Positions 27,919-37,277 of a stretch of DNA of 64,000 nt are shown piece after piece (the stretch's first letter is position 1; every line of letters starts with the position of its first letter). The position numbers were made by a program, and so were the translations under genes. Source of the DNA: an uncultured archaeon (GTDB lineage: Archaea > Aenigmatarchaeota > Aenigmatarchaeia > QMZP01 > QMZT01). Under the pieces are notes generated by a model, which saw nothing but the letters and a program-made list of their open reading frames with translations, had not been told where the DNA came from and made no database searches. The stretch is taken from NCBI GenBank assembly GCA_964447525.1, contig CAYUSU010000001.1, positions 26,012 to 90,011 of the forward strand, written 5' to 3'.

Positions 27919-28811
27919 TCAATACCTACCGGTCTCCTTGATTTTATCAGTCCTATGAACATGAACTGGAAAAATATGAGAGATCCGAGTATTCCCATCA
28001 AAATCAATTCCATGTTCATTGTTATCCCACTGAATGAAGAAAGAACCAGAAGGAATGTGATCCCGAGGGTCGGGAATATCACGGCAAGCATCATATACAT
28101 AAGAGAAAGAGGGTTCAATTGGGAACCGTATTTTTTGATGGATACTCTTTGTTCAACTGCCAGTGACGCCACTATCTCCTTCATGGTCGATCCTATATCG
28201 GAACCTGATTTAAGGGAATTTATGAGTTGCCACATAACCCTGCGGAAGAACAATGAAGGGGTTTCCCTTGTCAGCTTTTCCAGAGCTTCGGCTTCCGATT
28301 TTCCGGTGTTTATCTCGTTCACAACTTTACGTATTTCGTCGGAAAGTATGCCATAATCCGTTTTCGCTATTGATACGAATGTATTGTAAAGAGGAACGCC
28401 GGATCTTACCTGTACTAGTATATGATGGAGTATGTGCGGAAGATTATTTTCTATATTCCTTATTTTCTTTCTTGATAACATCTTTGGATAGAAAAGCAGG
28501 AAGAACATGCTGGCAGTTCCTATTGCCAGCCCTGACAAAAAGGACATGACAAACGACATAATTATTTCAGCCTTGGCGATAGCGATGGTCAGGACAAACA
28601 TCATTCCGAAAATCATAGAAAAATACATAAGAAAAGCGAACAGAGCGATGGATGCCCATCTTCTCGGGCTGATCGGAATACCAGTTTGTTCCAGATCAAA
28701 TTCCATGGAAGGGAATATCTTTGAGATGTTCTCACCTAGACCTAGAAAATGCTCTGTTATTTTCATCAGCTTCGAATAGGAAATCGGAATAAATGGTATT
28801 TTATTTTTCAC
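27915..28811 (-). CDS. TadB-like type IV pilus platform membrane protein (second T2SS-F domain protein)
   Basis: 298 aa polytopic protein paired with the TadC-like gene. The platform is split into two genes here. Confidence 0.6.
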   Translation of the reverse strand: MKNKIPFIPISYSKLMKITEHFLGLGENISKIFPSMEFDLEQTGIPISPRRWASIALFAFLMYFSMIFGMMFVLTIAIAKAEIIMSFVMSFLSGLAIGTASMFFLLFYPKMLSRKKIRNIENNLPHILHHILVQVRSGVPLYNTFVSIAKTDYGILSDEIRKVVNEINTGKSEAEALEKLTRETPSLFFRRVMWQLINSLKSGSDIGSTMKEIVASLAVEQRVSIKKYGSQLNPLSLMYMMLAVIFPTLGITFLLVLSSFSGITMNMELILMGILGSLIFFQFMFIGLIKSRRPVGID

Positions 28812-28851
28812 AATCTATAATTGTTTTTCTCTCGATATAAATAATTCGAGC

Positions 28852-29472
28852 CTATCCGAATTCAAGATGTAACATTCCTTTTGAAAAGGATTGCCCGATT
28901 ATCCTGGATTTTGGAGGTTTTGTTAGTATCTTGAAATATGCTTTGTTACCGGTTATGGCCTTGACTTCTATGCTATTTTCGAGAGAATTTATCTGAATAT
29001 CTTTCTCATCCTTCACTTCGGGGAGTTTGATTTCAACCAATATTTTATCCCCGATCCTTTTCACATCAGTTTTTGGTTCTTCTGTTACCCTTGCCACACC
29101 AAATGTTGCTGTTTCAGGTTTGGAGTTTTTTTTGGCCTTTGGTTTGAAGCCCATTCTCTCTATTTCGTGTTCTATATCTTTTTTATCCACGTTCCCGAAC
29201 GTTTTCACGGAAACCCTTGGTTTCTGGTCGGCGCTTTGTGTTATCTTTATGGAAAAACCGTTCCCCATTGGTGTCTTTTTGAAGAACGGTGAAATATCAA
29301 AAACCTCGAAATTCTTTTCGAACAGTTTGTTAAGATGGTTCATTTCCCCTTCCACCCTCTCGAATACGTCCGAAAACACGTCTTTCCTTTCAAACCTTAC
29401 TCCGCATTTCGGACAGAAATCCCATTCGTCATTTACTTGACTACCGCAATTACCGCATTTCATAATTATCAA
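28852..29472 (-). CDS. zinc-ribbon plus Hsp20/alpha-crystallin-domain protein
   Basis: N-terminal CGNCG...CPKCG zinc ribbon; the C-terminus DKILVEIKLPEVKDEKDIQINSLENSIEVKA...GMLHLEF matches the sHSP ACD consensus. Confidence 0.6.
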   Translation of the reverse strand: MIIMKCGNCGSQVNDEWDFCPKCGVRFERKDVFSDVFERVEGEMNHLNKLFEKNFEVFDISPFFKKTPMGNGFSIKITQSADQKPRVSVKTFGNVDKKDIEHEIERMGFKPKAKKNSKPETATFGVARVTEEPKTDVKRIGDKILVEIKLPEVKDEKDIQINSLENSIEVKAITGNKAYFKILTKPPKSRIIGQSFSKGMLHLEFG

Positions 29473-29496
29473 TTAAAACATAGTTGATTTAAAAAA

Positions 29497-29982
29497 TTAT
29501 TTTATGATGTCTGCTGTCGCTGCGCCTATCGAAGCGAAGAACGATATGAATATGAATATCTTGAACGTCCAGAAAAGGTCATTAACGAATGACATAACCC
29601 CGAATAACCATAAGATGAAGATACTGACAGAATACGAGATAATGAAAAGGGACACGAGACGTTTCGGGACGTACATTCTTCCTACTATATGCGTATCAAT
29701 ATCTCCGCCTATGCTTTCTTTTGCGACTCGCTGGAATTTTGTATAGTAAATAATTATTGTTGCAATGACAACGCTGAGAATCACGAAAACTAACATCCTA
29801 GTAAAACCCAGGTTTTGAGCGAGTTTCCATACCTCTTCTGTTACACTGAGTGGTGCAGAAAAAAGAACAGCCCCGAATATCTGCTGCGCTACGTCGTCCA
29901 AACCGAACTTTTCAGGTTTTATTTTATTAGCTAAAGAAGATATTTTCGATTTCCCGTTTTCCCTCAGTAACGCCACAACCAT
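29497..29982 (-). CDS. integral membrane protein, unknown family
   Basis: 161 aa, 3-4 TM helices. Confidence 0.45.
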   Translation of the reverse strand: MVVALLRENGKSKISSLANKIKPEKFGLDDVAQQIFGAVLFSAPLSVTEEVWKLAQNLGFTRMLVFVILSVVIATIIIYYTKFQRVAKESIGGDIDTHIVGRMYVPKRLVSLFIISYSVSIFILWLFGVMSFVNDLFWTFKIFIFISFFASIGAATADIIK

Positions 29983-30119
29983 ACAATTCCCTCGGTGGCG
30001 GTTCGTTATCGTCTTCGCCCATTTTTAATCAGTCTCGTTTTAATTACCAAGATTATTATGATAGAAAACGTATATATATAATCAATTGAAAGGAAAATAA
30101 GGAAAAAAATAGTGATTTT

Positions 30120-30584
30120 ATGTTCGGTCTGGAAAAAAAGAAGAAGAATGTTGCGTTGTTCGTTGACGGTCCTAATATGATAAGAAAGGAATTCAACATA
30201 GACCTTCACGAATTGCGTGCTGTCGCGGAAAAATACGGCAGAATAATATACGGGAAGGTATACCTTAACCAGTATGCTTCGGAAAAACTGATTGAGGCAA
30301 TCGCCAATCAGGGTTTCGAACCGAAGGTCGTCCTCGCAGGAGAGATTGAATCGGACGTTGACGTTAGCGTGGCTGTCGAGATCGTTCAGGCATCATACGA
30401 CAGCAAAGTGGATGTGATAGCGCTTGTTTCAAGGGACGCTGATTTTCTCCCCGCTCTCCAGATAGCGAAAAAGATGGGCAAGTATGTTATTGTGATCGGA
30501 GCGGAAAGCGGTTTTTCGAAAGCGCTCCAGCACATGGCGGATAACGTGGAAATTCTTGTGAAGAAAACGATGAAGAGAAGATAA
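30120..30584 (+). CDS. NYN-domain (LabA-like) protein
   Basis: VALFVDGPNM... VDVIALVSRDADFLPAL... GKYVIVIG pattern of NYN/LabA nucleases. Confidence 0.7.
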   Translation: MFGLEKKKKNVALFVDGPNMIRKEFNIDLHELRAVAEKYGRIIYGKVYLNQYASEKLIEAIANQGFEPKVVLAGEIESDVDVSVAVEIVQASYDSKVDVIALVSRDADFLPALQIAKKMGKYVIVIGAESGFSKALQHMADNVEILVKKTMKRR

Positions 30585-30585
30585 G

Positions 30586-31542
30586 CTATATGCACGTTGC
30601 CATTCTGCTTTTTAATCCGACAACTAAATACGCCCCTATCAATATGAGCGCGGAACCAATTATCTGTATCAAGGGAACGGGTTCGTAAAGCCATACGTTT
30701 CCCAACGCCAGCGATATGACCGGAGCGATCAGAAGGACAAGTGTTGCCTTCGAGATGTTTATGTAACGTATTGCCGCATACCAAAAAAGAACGAATGCGA
30801 AAAGGAACCCTGTGGACATGAAAATGTTCATGACCTGCTGGCCGGTTAATGACAATATTATTCCCATTTTTCCTGTTAACAAAATCACTCCGAACAATAT
30901 CAGTCCGCCGAAGAACATCCTTGAGAACGAAACAACGAAGTTCGTATCGCCTTTGATCATTGCCTTCTTCGCTATTACGTTTTCTAGTGCCCATAATATT
31001 GTTGCTCCGATTATCATAATATCACCGAGCTGAGGGTTCATCCATAGCTCGGCAGGGTTTATTGTTGCTGAAAAAAGGACGACGGTTCCGACGAGCATTA
31101 TTATCATTGCATATATCTGCTTTCTGGGGATTTTCTCCTTCAGAAAAATGAATGCGAATACCGCCGCGTAAAGTGGGAGGGTCTTATGAAGGAACGCTCC
31201 TCTTCCCCCAGTGGTTAGCTGTAATCCGCTGAAGAACAAAAGGAAAGCGAATGATCCTCCTATTATGGCGATCAGCGCCAGATATTTCCAGTTTGTTTTT
31301 ATCCTTTCTTTTCGGAATCCGCCAGTTGCTAAAGAAATGACAAGAAATATCACACCGATTATAACGGCTCTGACGGCCGTGAACACGGTCGGATCTATAC
31401 CCACCACGAAAATTTTGTTGACTGGTATCGATACCCCCGAGACTATCGCGGTCAGCAATGCAAATATAGTACCGATCCATTCCCTTTTCATTTTCTCTCT
31501 CTCATCAGTTTTTTGACTTCTTCCTTGGGGAGTTTTTCGCAT
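30586..31542 (-). CDS. DMT-superfamily (EamA-like) transporter
   Basis: 318 aa with ~10 TM helices and a two-fold EamA repeat. Confidence 0.7.
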   Translation of the reverse strand: MRKTPQGRSQKTDEREKMKREWIGTIFALLTAIVSGVSIPVNKIFVVGIDPTVFTAVRAVIIGVIFLVISLATGGFRKERIKTNWKYLALIAIIGGSFAFLLFFSGLQLTTGGRGAFLHKTLPLYAAVFAFIFLKEKIPRKQIYAMIIMLVGTVVLFSATINPAELWMNPQLGDIMIIGATILWALENVIAKKAMIKGDTNFVVSFSRMFFGGLILFGVILLTGKMGIILSLTGQQVMNIFMSTGFLFAFVLFWYAAIRYINISKATLVLLIAPVISLALGNVWLYEPVPLIQIIGSALILIGAYLVVGLKSRMATCI

Positions 31543-31988
31543 ATATGATCATAATGCATGCTCACCCAGTCATTCCTTTTCAGTTCAGGCTCGAAATTTT
31601 TATCTATCACCCTTTTTCCCAGAGGAGTGTTGAGAACAACTGTTTTCCCGGCTTCCATAACCCTTCCCGGTTTGACCATACACTCTTTCAGGTCGATATC
31701 CTTGAAAAATAAACTTCTCCATTTGATCGCCTTTTCGTGCTCATGAAGAAAATATTTTCTTATCACGTCATCGTCTATCCTTTCCTTTCCCATGTTCTTT
31801 GCTAGGATGGAACACATTTTTCCGGCGACTGGGAATAATCTTCCTACTGGGAGACCTATGTCTCTTTTCATCTCTATTTTGTCCCTGAGTTTTTTCAGCA
31901 TTTCTTCCCGAAGGTCACCTCTTCTTACCAGAACCTCCCCGCAAGGTATTGCATAACGGAGGAACAATTCTTTGTTTTCTATTTCCAT
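31488..31988 (-). CDS. hypothetical protein coupled to hypC
   Basis: 166 aa; overlaps the hypC stop by 10 nt. No family recognised. Confidence 0.5.
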   Translation of the reverse strand: MEIENKELFLRYAIPCGEVLVRRGDLREEMLKKLRDKIEMKRDIGLPVGRLFPVAGKMCSILAKNMGKERIDDDVIRKYFLHEHEKAIKWRSLFFKDIDLKECMVKPGRVMEAGKTVVLNTPLGKRVIDKNFEPELKRNDWVSMHYDHICEKLPKEEVKKLMRERK

Positions 31989-32191
31989 AGTTCTTTCATC
32001 TCCTCCATCATCACTTCGAATCCCCTCTTGGTGATTTTCTTAATTATTATATCGTTGAACACGAGAACATGATCCCCCTTCACGATGGAATCCTCCATTC
32101 CGTGAATCACGTTCCTTTCCTTCCCGAAGATTTCAGCTGTTATTTCTTTTCCCTCGGTTTTCACTATCTTTCCTGGCAGAGCAAAACACAT
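31979..32191 (-). CDS. hypC: [NiFe]-hydrogenase maturation factor HypC/HupF
   Basis: MCFALPGKIVK... N-terminus (the MC(L/F)A(I/L)P signature) and ~70 aa length. Confidence 0.8.
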   Translation of the reverse strand: MCFALPGKIVKTEGKEITAEIFGKERNVIHGMEDSIVKGDHVLVFNDIIIKKITKRGFEVMMEEMKELWK

Positions 32192-32224
32192 AATATACCT
32201 TATTGATTTTATGGGTAATAAACT

Positions 32225-33148
32225 TTACATCTTACCCAATAAAAATAGCATCACTGCCATCTGGGACCACATGCGGTTCTCCGCCTGGTCGAAAATTATC
32301 GAGTTTTTATGATCTATCGCGTCCCTTGTGATTTCATATCCGACATGACATGGCATGCAGTGCATTATCTTCCCGTTGCATCCGTATTTTTCGAGAAGTG
32401 CCTTGTTTAGTTGGTATGGTGCTAACGCCTTTAGACGCCGTTCCTTTTCCTTCTTGAAACCGGGATCATTGATCAGTTCCATGTCAACCCACGTATCCGT
32501 GTGAACGAAATCCGCATTTTTCAATAAGTTCAAATCCTTGGTTTCCTCGTAAAGATCGGTTTCCCTCGCTTTTTGTATCAATTCTTCGTCAACAGACAGC
32601 GGATGTTTTTCGGCAACAATCATTGAAATTTTTGCTCCCAGTTTCGTGCAGACGTTGATCAGGGAATTGCTGACATTATTGCCTATTCCCATCCACACGA
32701 CATTTTTCCCTTCCAGCGAACCGCAGTTTTCGATCATTGTCATCGCATCACCTATGCCCTGAACGGGATGGTATTTTTCACAACATCCGTTTATCAGCGG
32801 GACTTTTATGTTTTTTGCCATTTCTAAAAGTGTGGAATGCTTCATTACCCTGGCCATCATGATATCCGCGTAACGTTCTATCGCCCTGATCTCATCTTTC
32901 AGCTCTGATATGCTTATCTGGGTCGTGCGTTTGTCAAGAAATATTCCATGTCCTCCCAGTTTTGTCATTCCTGCCTCAAAACTCAGACGGGTTCTTGTGG
33001 ATGTCTTCTCAAAATACATTACCAATGTTTTGTCTTTCAGTGCTTCCGAATAATTACCCGGATTTTTCTTTATCTCTATCGCTTTTTTTATTATACCTTT
33101 CAACTCTTCCGTTCGAATGTCTTTCAGATTCAGAAGATGCCTTACCAT
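32225..33148 (-). CDS. argF: ornithine carbamoyltransferase (ATCase/OTCase family)
   Basis: STRTRLSFE carbamoyl-phosphate motif, HPVQ, and HCMPCHVG (the OTC-type HCLP motif). Confidence 0.7.
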   Translation of the reverse strand: MVRHLLNLKDIRTEELKGIIKKAIEIKKNPGNYSEALKDKTLVMYFEKTSTRTRLSFEAGMTKLGGHGIFLDKRTTQISISELKDEIRAIERYADIMMARVMKHSTLLEMAKNIKVPLINGCCEKYHPVQGIGDAMTMIENCGSLEGKNVVWMGIGNNVSNSLINVCTKLGAKISMIVAEKHPLSVDEELIQKARETDLYEETKDLNLLKNADFVHTDTWVDMELINDPGFKKEKERRLKALAPYQLNKALLEKYGCNGKIMHCMPCHVGYEITRDAIDHKNSIIFDQAENRMWSQMAVMLFLLGKM

Positions 33149-33195
33149 GGAACCACCTAATTAAAATATTGTACCCATTCCTTAATTATTTAAAA

Positions 33196-34485
33196 TTAAC
33201 TTTTCCTTGAGAACTCGTAAAGATTTCTGAATGCCTTGACCGCATTTTTTACCGATGAAAATACGGGAATATCCATTAGCACATGCTTCACCCTTTCATG
33301 ATCTTCCGCTCCGGGGGCGCATAATATTACTGGCTTGACAAACTTCGTTGTTTTTAGGAAACGAAGATCCCTTTCCTTTAACATACACGACTTGAGTTGG
33401 GTAACCATGATCACACCATCGATGTTTTTATCCTTCATCAGAATTTTCAGAACCCTTCCGTATCTTTCACCATCCGCGTCGGCTATTATATCCAGCGGAT
33501 TTATTGGATGTAACCCACCGAACTTCCTGATTTCGGATTTGGTTTTTTCGGAAAACTCGGGCGTTTCCACACCGAAAAGATCACACCAGTCCGCCGCGAG
33601 TATCGACGATCCCCCGGTATTGGAAACTATCGCTATCCCGTTACCTTTGACTGGTTTATAATGATCAAGTGTGTTCGCATAATTGAAAAGTTCTCCGAGG
33701 CTTTTGGATTCTATTATCCCGGACTGGCGGAATGCGGCCTCGTAAACCATCGATTCAGTGGAAATCGAACCTGTATGGGAAAGGGCCCGTTGTTTTGCAC
33801 CTTCCCCGATTCCTCCCTTCATCACCAGTATCGGTTTTTTCGAATTCTTAGCGACCTTCATGAATTTGGCCGGATTTTTAATACCTTCGGCGTACATGAG
33901 TATTATTTTGGTTTCCCTGTCTTTGATTAAATATTCCATTATCTCGGTTTCATTGATGTCTATCGCGTCACCTATCCATACGAATTTAGAGATGCCGGTT
34001 CTGTTGTATGAAAAAAGATCCATGAGTGTCGCTCCTATACCTCCGCTTTGGGAAATTACGGAAATTTTCCCTTTCCTGAGATGCAAACCCTTCTCGAAGG
34101 TCGTGTCCAGTCCCTTCCCCGGTTCTATGACACCGCAGACGGAATTCGGTCCGAGTACCCTGAATTTTCTTTTATTTGAAATATCAAGGATTCTCTTTCG
34201 TTCATTAGCTGAAAATCCCCCTGAAAGAATAATAACGCATTTTCCTCTGATCGACGGGAGGGTTTCAATCACCTTTTTCGGTGGTAGCGTGATAACCACT
34301 AAATCGGCATACGGGATTCCCTTCGTGGTCGCTATGTCCACGAATGTTCTTTTCCCTTTGAACTTGGTGAGGTTTCTTTTTATTTCTCCGAACACGACAG
34401 GGTTCGTCAATACGAACTTACCGCTGAGTTTCGATGAACCTATAAGGAGCACGGATCTGGGATAGAACAAAGAATCGAGGCTCAT
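33196..34485 (-). CDS. acetyl-CoA synthetase (ADP-forming), alpha subunit
   Basis: CoA-binding Rossmann N-terminus (VLLIGSSKLSGKF) and ligase-CoA domains; ~429 aa. Divergently paired with the beta subunit. Confidence 0.75.
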   Translation of the reverse strand: MSLDSLFYPRSVLLIGSSKLSGKFVLTNPVVFGEIKRNLTKFKGKRTFVDIATTKGIPYADLVVITLPPKKVIETLPSIRGKCVIILSGGFSANERKRILDISNKRKFRVLGPNSVCGVIEPGKGLDTTFEKGLHLRKGKISVISQSGGIGATLMDLFSYNRTGISKFVWIGDAIDINETEIMEYLIKDRETKIILMYAEGIKNPAKFMKVAKNSKKPILVMKGGIGEGAKQRALSHTGSISTESMVYEAAFRQSGIIESKSLGELFNYANTLDHYKPVKGNGIAIVSNTGGSSILAADWCDLFGVETPEFSEKTKSEIRKFGGLHPINPLDIIADADGERYGRVLKILMKDKNIDGVIMVTQLKSCMLKERDLRFLKTTKFVKPVILCAPGAEDHERVKHVLMDIPVFSSVKNAVKAFRNLYEFSRKS

Positions 34486-34517
34486 AATATTTTATTTAAG
34501 CCGACGTAATTAATATT

Positions 34518-35153
34518 ATGAGAAAATTATCACCTTCCGAATCCAAGAAGATTATGAAAAAATACGGGATACCTGTCATCAAGGAGAAGACCATAAAAGT
34601 GAATACAGTTAAACTTCCGAAAGAACTGAAATATCCTGTTGTTTTGAAAATTGATTCTCCCGACATCATACATAAAACGGAAGCTAATTGCGTTTTTACT
34701 GACATAAGGAACGACAACGAATTAGTCAAAGCATCCGAGACCATTCTGAAAAACGCGAAAAAATATGATCCCAAGGCAAAGATAAAAGGTTTCCTCATAC
34801 AGGAATATTTCAGCGGTTATGAGGTAATAGTCGGGGGAAAGATAGATGAACAGTTCGGCCCGATAGTTCTTTTCGGGGCCGGTGGAATATTTACGGAATT
34901 GCTTGAGGATACGTCCATACGAATCTGTCCGTTTGGGAGGAAAGATGCTGCGGAAATGATAGACGAAATAAAGTTTTCAAAGGTCCTTGGCGGTTTCCGA
35001 GGAGAAAAACCAGTTGACAAGGAAAAAATAATAGACATTCTTATTGGAGTCGGTAATTTAATGATCAAGGAGAAAGTTAAGGAACTTGACATAAACCCCC
35101 TCATAGTTTCGAGTGTCGGAATACGTGCGGTTGACGTTAGGATAATAAAATAA
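34518..35153 (+). CDS. acetyl-CoA synthetase (ADP-forming), beta subunit (ATP-grasp)
   Basis: SESKKIMKKYGIPV...VVLKIDSPDIIHKTEANCV ATP-grasp_5 pattern; 211 aa. Confidence 0.75.
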   Translation: MRKLSPSESKKIMKKYGIPVIKEKTIKVNTVKLPKELKYPVVLKIDSPDIIHKTEANCVFTDIRNDNELVKASETILKNAKKYDPKAKIKGFLIQEYFSGYEVIVGGKIDEQFGPIVLFGAGGIFTELLEDTSIRICPFGRKDAAEMIDEIKFSKVLGGFRGEKPVDKEKIIDILIGVGNLMIKEKVKELDINPLIVSSVGIRAVDVRIIK

Positions 35154-35219
35154 GGTGATAAAATAGACTGGAAGATTCACACGATTTCTTCATTCGCTGC
35201 TTATTTTGTAATAATATTA

Positions 35220-35621
35220 TTGTTCGCTTTCTCGGTTCCGTTCGCAATCATTTCGTTTCTCGTGATGTTCTTCTTCTCGCTATTCCCTGACATAGATCAT
35301 CCGAGATCAATTATAAGAAAGTCGTCATCTGTACTGATTTTCTACTTCGCGGTGCTTATGATATTTCTTTATCTGAACGTTGGAATTTTCGAGAAGGTCA
35401 TTCTTTCGGGGATATCTGCTGTTCTGACATATTACCTATACAAGAAACTCCCTCTCCACCACAGGGGACCCAAATCCCTTCATAGATGGAGATACGCTCT
35501 GGTTCTTTCTTTCGCGTTTTCGATAATTTTCTTTTTCTTAAGCGTCGAAATAACCTTGGCGTTATTCGTTCTCTTTGGATACGGGCTCCATCTCTCTCTG
35601 GACAAGGTAAGGGAATTCTGA
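35220..35621 (+). CDS. membrane-bound metal-dependent hydrolase-like protein (DUF457/YdjM-like)
   Basis: LFPDIDHPRS motif in a 4-TM protein. Confidence 0.45.
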   Translation: MFAFSVPFAIISFLVMFFFSLFPDIDHPRSIIRKSSSVLIFYFAVLMIFLYLNVGIFEKVILSGISAVLTYYLYKKLPLHHRGPKSLHRWRYALVLSFAFSIIFFFLSVEITLALFVLFGYGLHLSLDKVREF

Positions 35622-35657
35622 TTTATTATTTTATACCACTGCCAACAATTATTATAC

Positions 35658-35963
35658 ATGGAAAAGCAGCAAACAATTCTCAAGAAATATGAATCTCTGG
35701 TAATGGAATGGAACACCGTGTCACTAGTATGCGCCATATCATTCGGGGCGACATTCCTTGGTCTGATCATTGGTCTGGTATACAACAGCATTTACGCGAT
35801 ATTCGTCAGCATGGTCGTTATGCTGGTTTTCGCTGCATTTGAATACAAAACCAGAAGAGCTTATGCCCGCATAAAGGAAACTCTGGAAGATGAGATGTTT
35901 GGCATGGCCGGCATAAAGAAACCGAAAGTCAGGGAGCTCATAAAGAAGGGAATGTGGTATTAA
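35658..35963 (+). CDS. small membrane protein (2 TM)
   Basis: 101 aa; followed by a 20-bp perfect palindrome. Confidence 0.4.
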   Translation: MEKQQTILKKYESLVMEWNTVSLVCAISFGATFLGLIIGLVYNSIYAIFVSMVVMLVFAAFEYKTRRAYARIKETLEDEMFGMAGIKKPKVRELIKKGMWY

Positions 35964-35971
35964 AACGGAAA

Positions 35972-35991
35972 GACGCATGTTAACATGCGTC
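35972..35991. other. perfect 20-bp palindrome GACGCATGTTAACATGCGTC (hairpin with 8-bp stem and 4-nt loop)
   Basis: Read directly. Located 9 bp after the stop of the 35658..35963 ORF and ~55 bp upstream of the porG homology. Confidence 0.5.
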
Positions 35992-36091
35992 ATGAAAAGA
36001 ATGAAGTAGTTTTTACCTGCTTCCTTCGAAAGTGTGGTGATGTTTTATTCACGAGATCAGATTTCATGGTCGGGGTGGTCAGGGCGTCAAA

Positions 36092-36586
36092 ATGAGTGCA
36101 CACATACTCGGTAGAGGTGCATTTCTTTCAGGCTTCAAAATACAGGATTTCGCCGTGTACGGTGCGGAGAGAAGAGGTGCCCCGCTTTCGTCGTTCTGCA
36201 GGATTTCGAAAGAACCTATAGGTACCCGCGGCTATATATTCAATCCCGATCATGTTGTATCGCTTGACCATAGTATAGGAACGGAAATTATCCTCGCGGG
36301 CGCAAAAAAGGGAGCGACCGTGCTGATAAATTCGGATAAGAAAGTTCCTAAAATGAAAGATTTCAAAATTTATCACATAGACGCCACTTCGATCGCGCTG
36401 GAAATAATAGGCAAGCCAATCCCGAATGTCGCAATACTTGGCGCATTCCTGGAGCTTACTAAAATGTTTCCCCTCAAGAATCTGGAAAGGGCGATCGAGA
36501 TAGAACTTGAAGAGGCAGGTCACGGGGAAATGGCGGATTCGAATATTCGTGCTTGCAGGGTTTGCTACAGGAAAATAAATGGATGA
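36092..36586 (+). CDS. porG: pyruvate/2-oxoacid:ferredoxin oxidoreductase gamma subunit. Conserved homology continues in-frame upstream of the only ATG, so the true start is uncertain
   Basis: Strong similarity to PorG (FAVYGAERRGAP, DATSIALEIIGKPIPNVAILGA). In-frame upstream codons encode the conserved EIRFHGRGGQG, but there is no ATG/GTG/TTG between the stop at 36038 and 36092. Confidence 0.8.
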   Translation: MSAHILGRGAFLSGFKIQDFAVYGAERRGAPLSSFCRISKEPIGTRGYIFNPDHVVSLDHSIGTEIILAGAKKGATVLINSDKKVPKMKDFKIYHIDATSIALEIIGKPIPNVAILGAFLELTKMFPLKNLERAIEIELEEAGHGEMADSNIRACRVCYRKING

Positions 36587-36891
36587 TCATTATGTTAGGA
36601 TTCATTTTCGGATGGGCGGGGAAAATCCGGAAGCTGCGGAAGAAATGGGACAGGCTAAGAGAGAAAGCGCTCAAAAAGAAGGAACCACTAAAATCGACCA
36701 TCCTTGTTAAGATGGACCAGATAGAGAACAATCTGCGCGTCCTCGAAGAGAGAAAATCGATAGCGAGGGTAGAGAGGGCGAGGCTATCCAAGGAAATTGA
36801 AATCGATCTTGAGGGAATCAAAGCGCTGGTGGAAACAAAGGACGAAGATTTCGTCCAGCAGCAGAATGTACAAACCGTCAGAAAACAGTGA
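36583..36891 (+). CDS. small protein with an N-terminal TM helix and a basic coiled-coil region, inserted between porG and porD
   Basis: Its ATG overlaps the porG stop (ATGA). MIIMLGFIFGWAG TM, then a K/R/E-rich helix. Confidence 0.4.
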   Translation: MIIMLGFIFGWAGKIRKLRKKWDRLREKALKKKEPLKSTILVKMDQIENNLRVLEERKSIARVERARLSKEIEIDLEGIKALVETKDEDFVQQQNVQTVRKQ

Positions 36892-36895
36892 TCAT

Positions 36896-37186
36896 ATGAA
36901 AGAAGAAAAAAGCCTGAAATATGAAAGGGTAAAAGGTATTCCTCATGTGAGGGAACCGGGAAATTCTGTCAGAAGGAAGACTGGGGAATGGAGGATTTTC
37001 AAGCCGGTTATAGACCACAAGAAGTGCATAAAATGCAAGAACTGCTGGCTGGTATGTCCGGATTCGGCAATAGACTGGAAGGGAAAGCCGGTGATTGATT
37101 ATCAGTTATGCAAGGGGTGCCTTGTCTGCTATAACGAATGCCCGGTCAAGGCAATTTCCAAGACCAATGATAAACACGAAAAATGA
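36896..37186 (+). CDS. porD: pyruvate:ferredoxin oxidoreductase delta subunit (2x[4Fe-4S] ferredoxin)
   Basis: CIKCKNCWLVCP and CKGCLVCYNECP clusters and the conserved TGEWRIFKPVID. Confidence 0.85.
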   Translation: MKEEKSLKYERVKGIPHVREPGNSVRRKTGEWRIFKPVIDHKKCIKCKNCWLVCPDSAIDWKGKPVIDYQLCKGCLVCYNECPVKAISKTNDKHEK

Positions 37187-37277
37187 TCAAACTATTTAAA
37201 TCAGTTTCTTATAAATAATTTATGCCAAACGAAACAAATTCCAGCTCATTCTTAACATATCGGAGGTTGTTACCCTT

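Noticed and set aside
33758-34465. 235-aa plus-strand ORF
   Set aside because: It lies antisense within the well-supported ADP-forming acetyl-CoA synthetase alpha gene, with low-complexity composition.
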